Positions 23,528-24,000 of a stretch of DNA of 24,000 nucleotides are shown here, in pieces. The DNA is from Plantibacter sp. VKM Ac-2880 (GTDB lineage: Bacteria > Actinomycetota > Actinomycetes > Actinomycetales > Microbacteriaceae): assembly GCF_015351235.1 (NCBI RefSeq), contig NZ_JADKSJ010000001.1, forward strand, positions 1,093,530-1,117,529, in the 5' to 3' direction. Position 1 is the stretch's first letter. The number at the start of each line of letters is the position of its first letter. Below the pieces are notes generated by a model. It was not told the DNA's origin, made no database searches, and saw nothing but the letters and a program-made list of their open reading frames with translations. A program made the translations under genes and the position numbers.

Positions 23528-24000
23528 ATGAACGTCAAGCGCCTCTTCAAGGGTCCCATCCCGTACCTCATCATCGCTGCTCTGGTCTTCTGGATCGGCA
23601 TCAGCCTGATGAGCATGAACGGCTTCCGTGAGGTCTCCACCCAGGAAGGCCTGGCCTTCCTCGAGAAGGGGCAGGTCAAGGAGGCCGTCATCACGGACGG
23701 CGACCAGCGCGTCGACCTCACGCTGACGAAGGCGGACGACGAGTTCGGCAAGCAGGTGCAGTTCTACTACGTCGGCGCTCGTGCTGCCGACGTGGTCGAG
23801 GCCGTCGACGCCGCGGACCCCTCCGGTGGGTACAACGACAAGGTCCCGCAGCCGAGCTGGCTGCTGTCGATGCTCGGTCTCCTGCTGCCGCTGCTCCTCA
23901 TCGGTGTGTTCTTCTGGCTCATGCTGTCCGGCATGCAGGGCGGCGGCAACAAGGTCATGCAGTTCGGCAAGTCGAAGGCGAAGCTCGTCTCCAAGGAGTC
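23528..24000 (+). CDS. ftsH: ATP-dependent zinc metalloprotease FtsH (N-terminal part, runs off the window)
   Basis: MNVKRLFKGPIPYLIIAALVFW..., an extracytoplasmic segment, a second TM helix, then the typical GGGNKVMQFGKSKAKL. The ORF is open to the window end, so it is absent from the ORF track. Confidence 0.95.
   Translation, partial: MNVKRLFKGPIPYLIIAALVFWIGISLMSMNGFREVSTQEGLAFLEKGQVKEAVITDGDQRVDLTLTKADDEFGKQVQFYYVGARAADVVEAVDAADPSGGYNDKVPQPSWLLSMLGLLLPLLLIGVFFWLMLSGMQGGGNKVMQFGKSKAKLVSKE

Overview
High-GC (about 70%) actinobacterial chromosomal segment; gene content and order suggest a Microbacteriaceae-like organism, which I infer only from the encoded proteins. Most of the window is ordinary core or shell genome: a DUF1801 protein, a TrxB-like flavoprotein divergent from an XRE-cupin regulator, DUF427, an MBL hydrolase, LysR, an NRDE protein, coaBC, a molybdate uptake operon (HTH-TOBE regulator, modA, modB, modC), a GH25 muramidase, a TetR/ArsC-like pair, ppa, tilS-hpt-ftsH, and a tRNA Glu-Asp-Phe operon. 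Two paralogous secreted coiled-coil M23 peptidases are also present. The segment not explained by ordinary gene calls is about 16.38-18.38 kb. There a DUF222/HNH (REP13E12-like) endonuclease gene is bracketed by two oppositely oriented tandem arrays built from one ~34-bp core. One array has 6 units of 80 bp and the other 3 units of 36 bp, and each has a hairpin of two inverted cores at its outer end. The HNH gene also looks frameshifted near its 3' end. Secondary leads:
- a ~170-nt structured, non-coding-looking leader upstream of the second M23 peptidase (a possible riboswitch-class element, unconfirmed)
- an ArsC-like phosphatase with an extra C-terminal helix-hairpin-helix-like domain, translationally coupled to a TetR gene
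- an unusual T-loop in tRNA-Phe
- a terminator-like hairpin inside the tRNA operon
Many long ORFs in the six-frame track are high-GC artefacts overlapping recognisable genes and were rejected. All family assignments come from motif recognition by eye, because no database search was possible.
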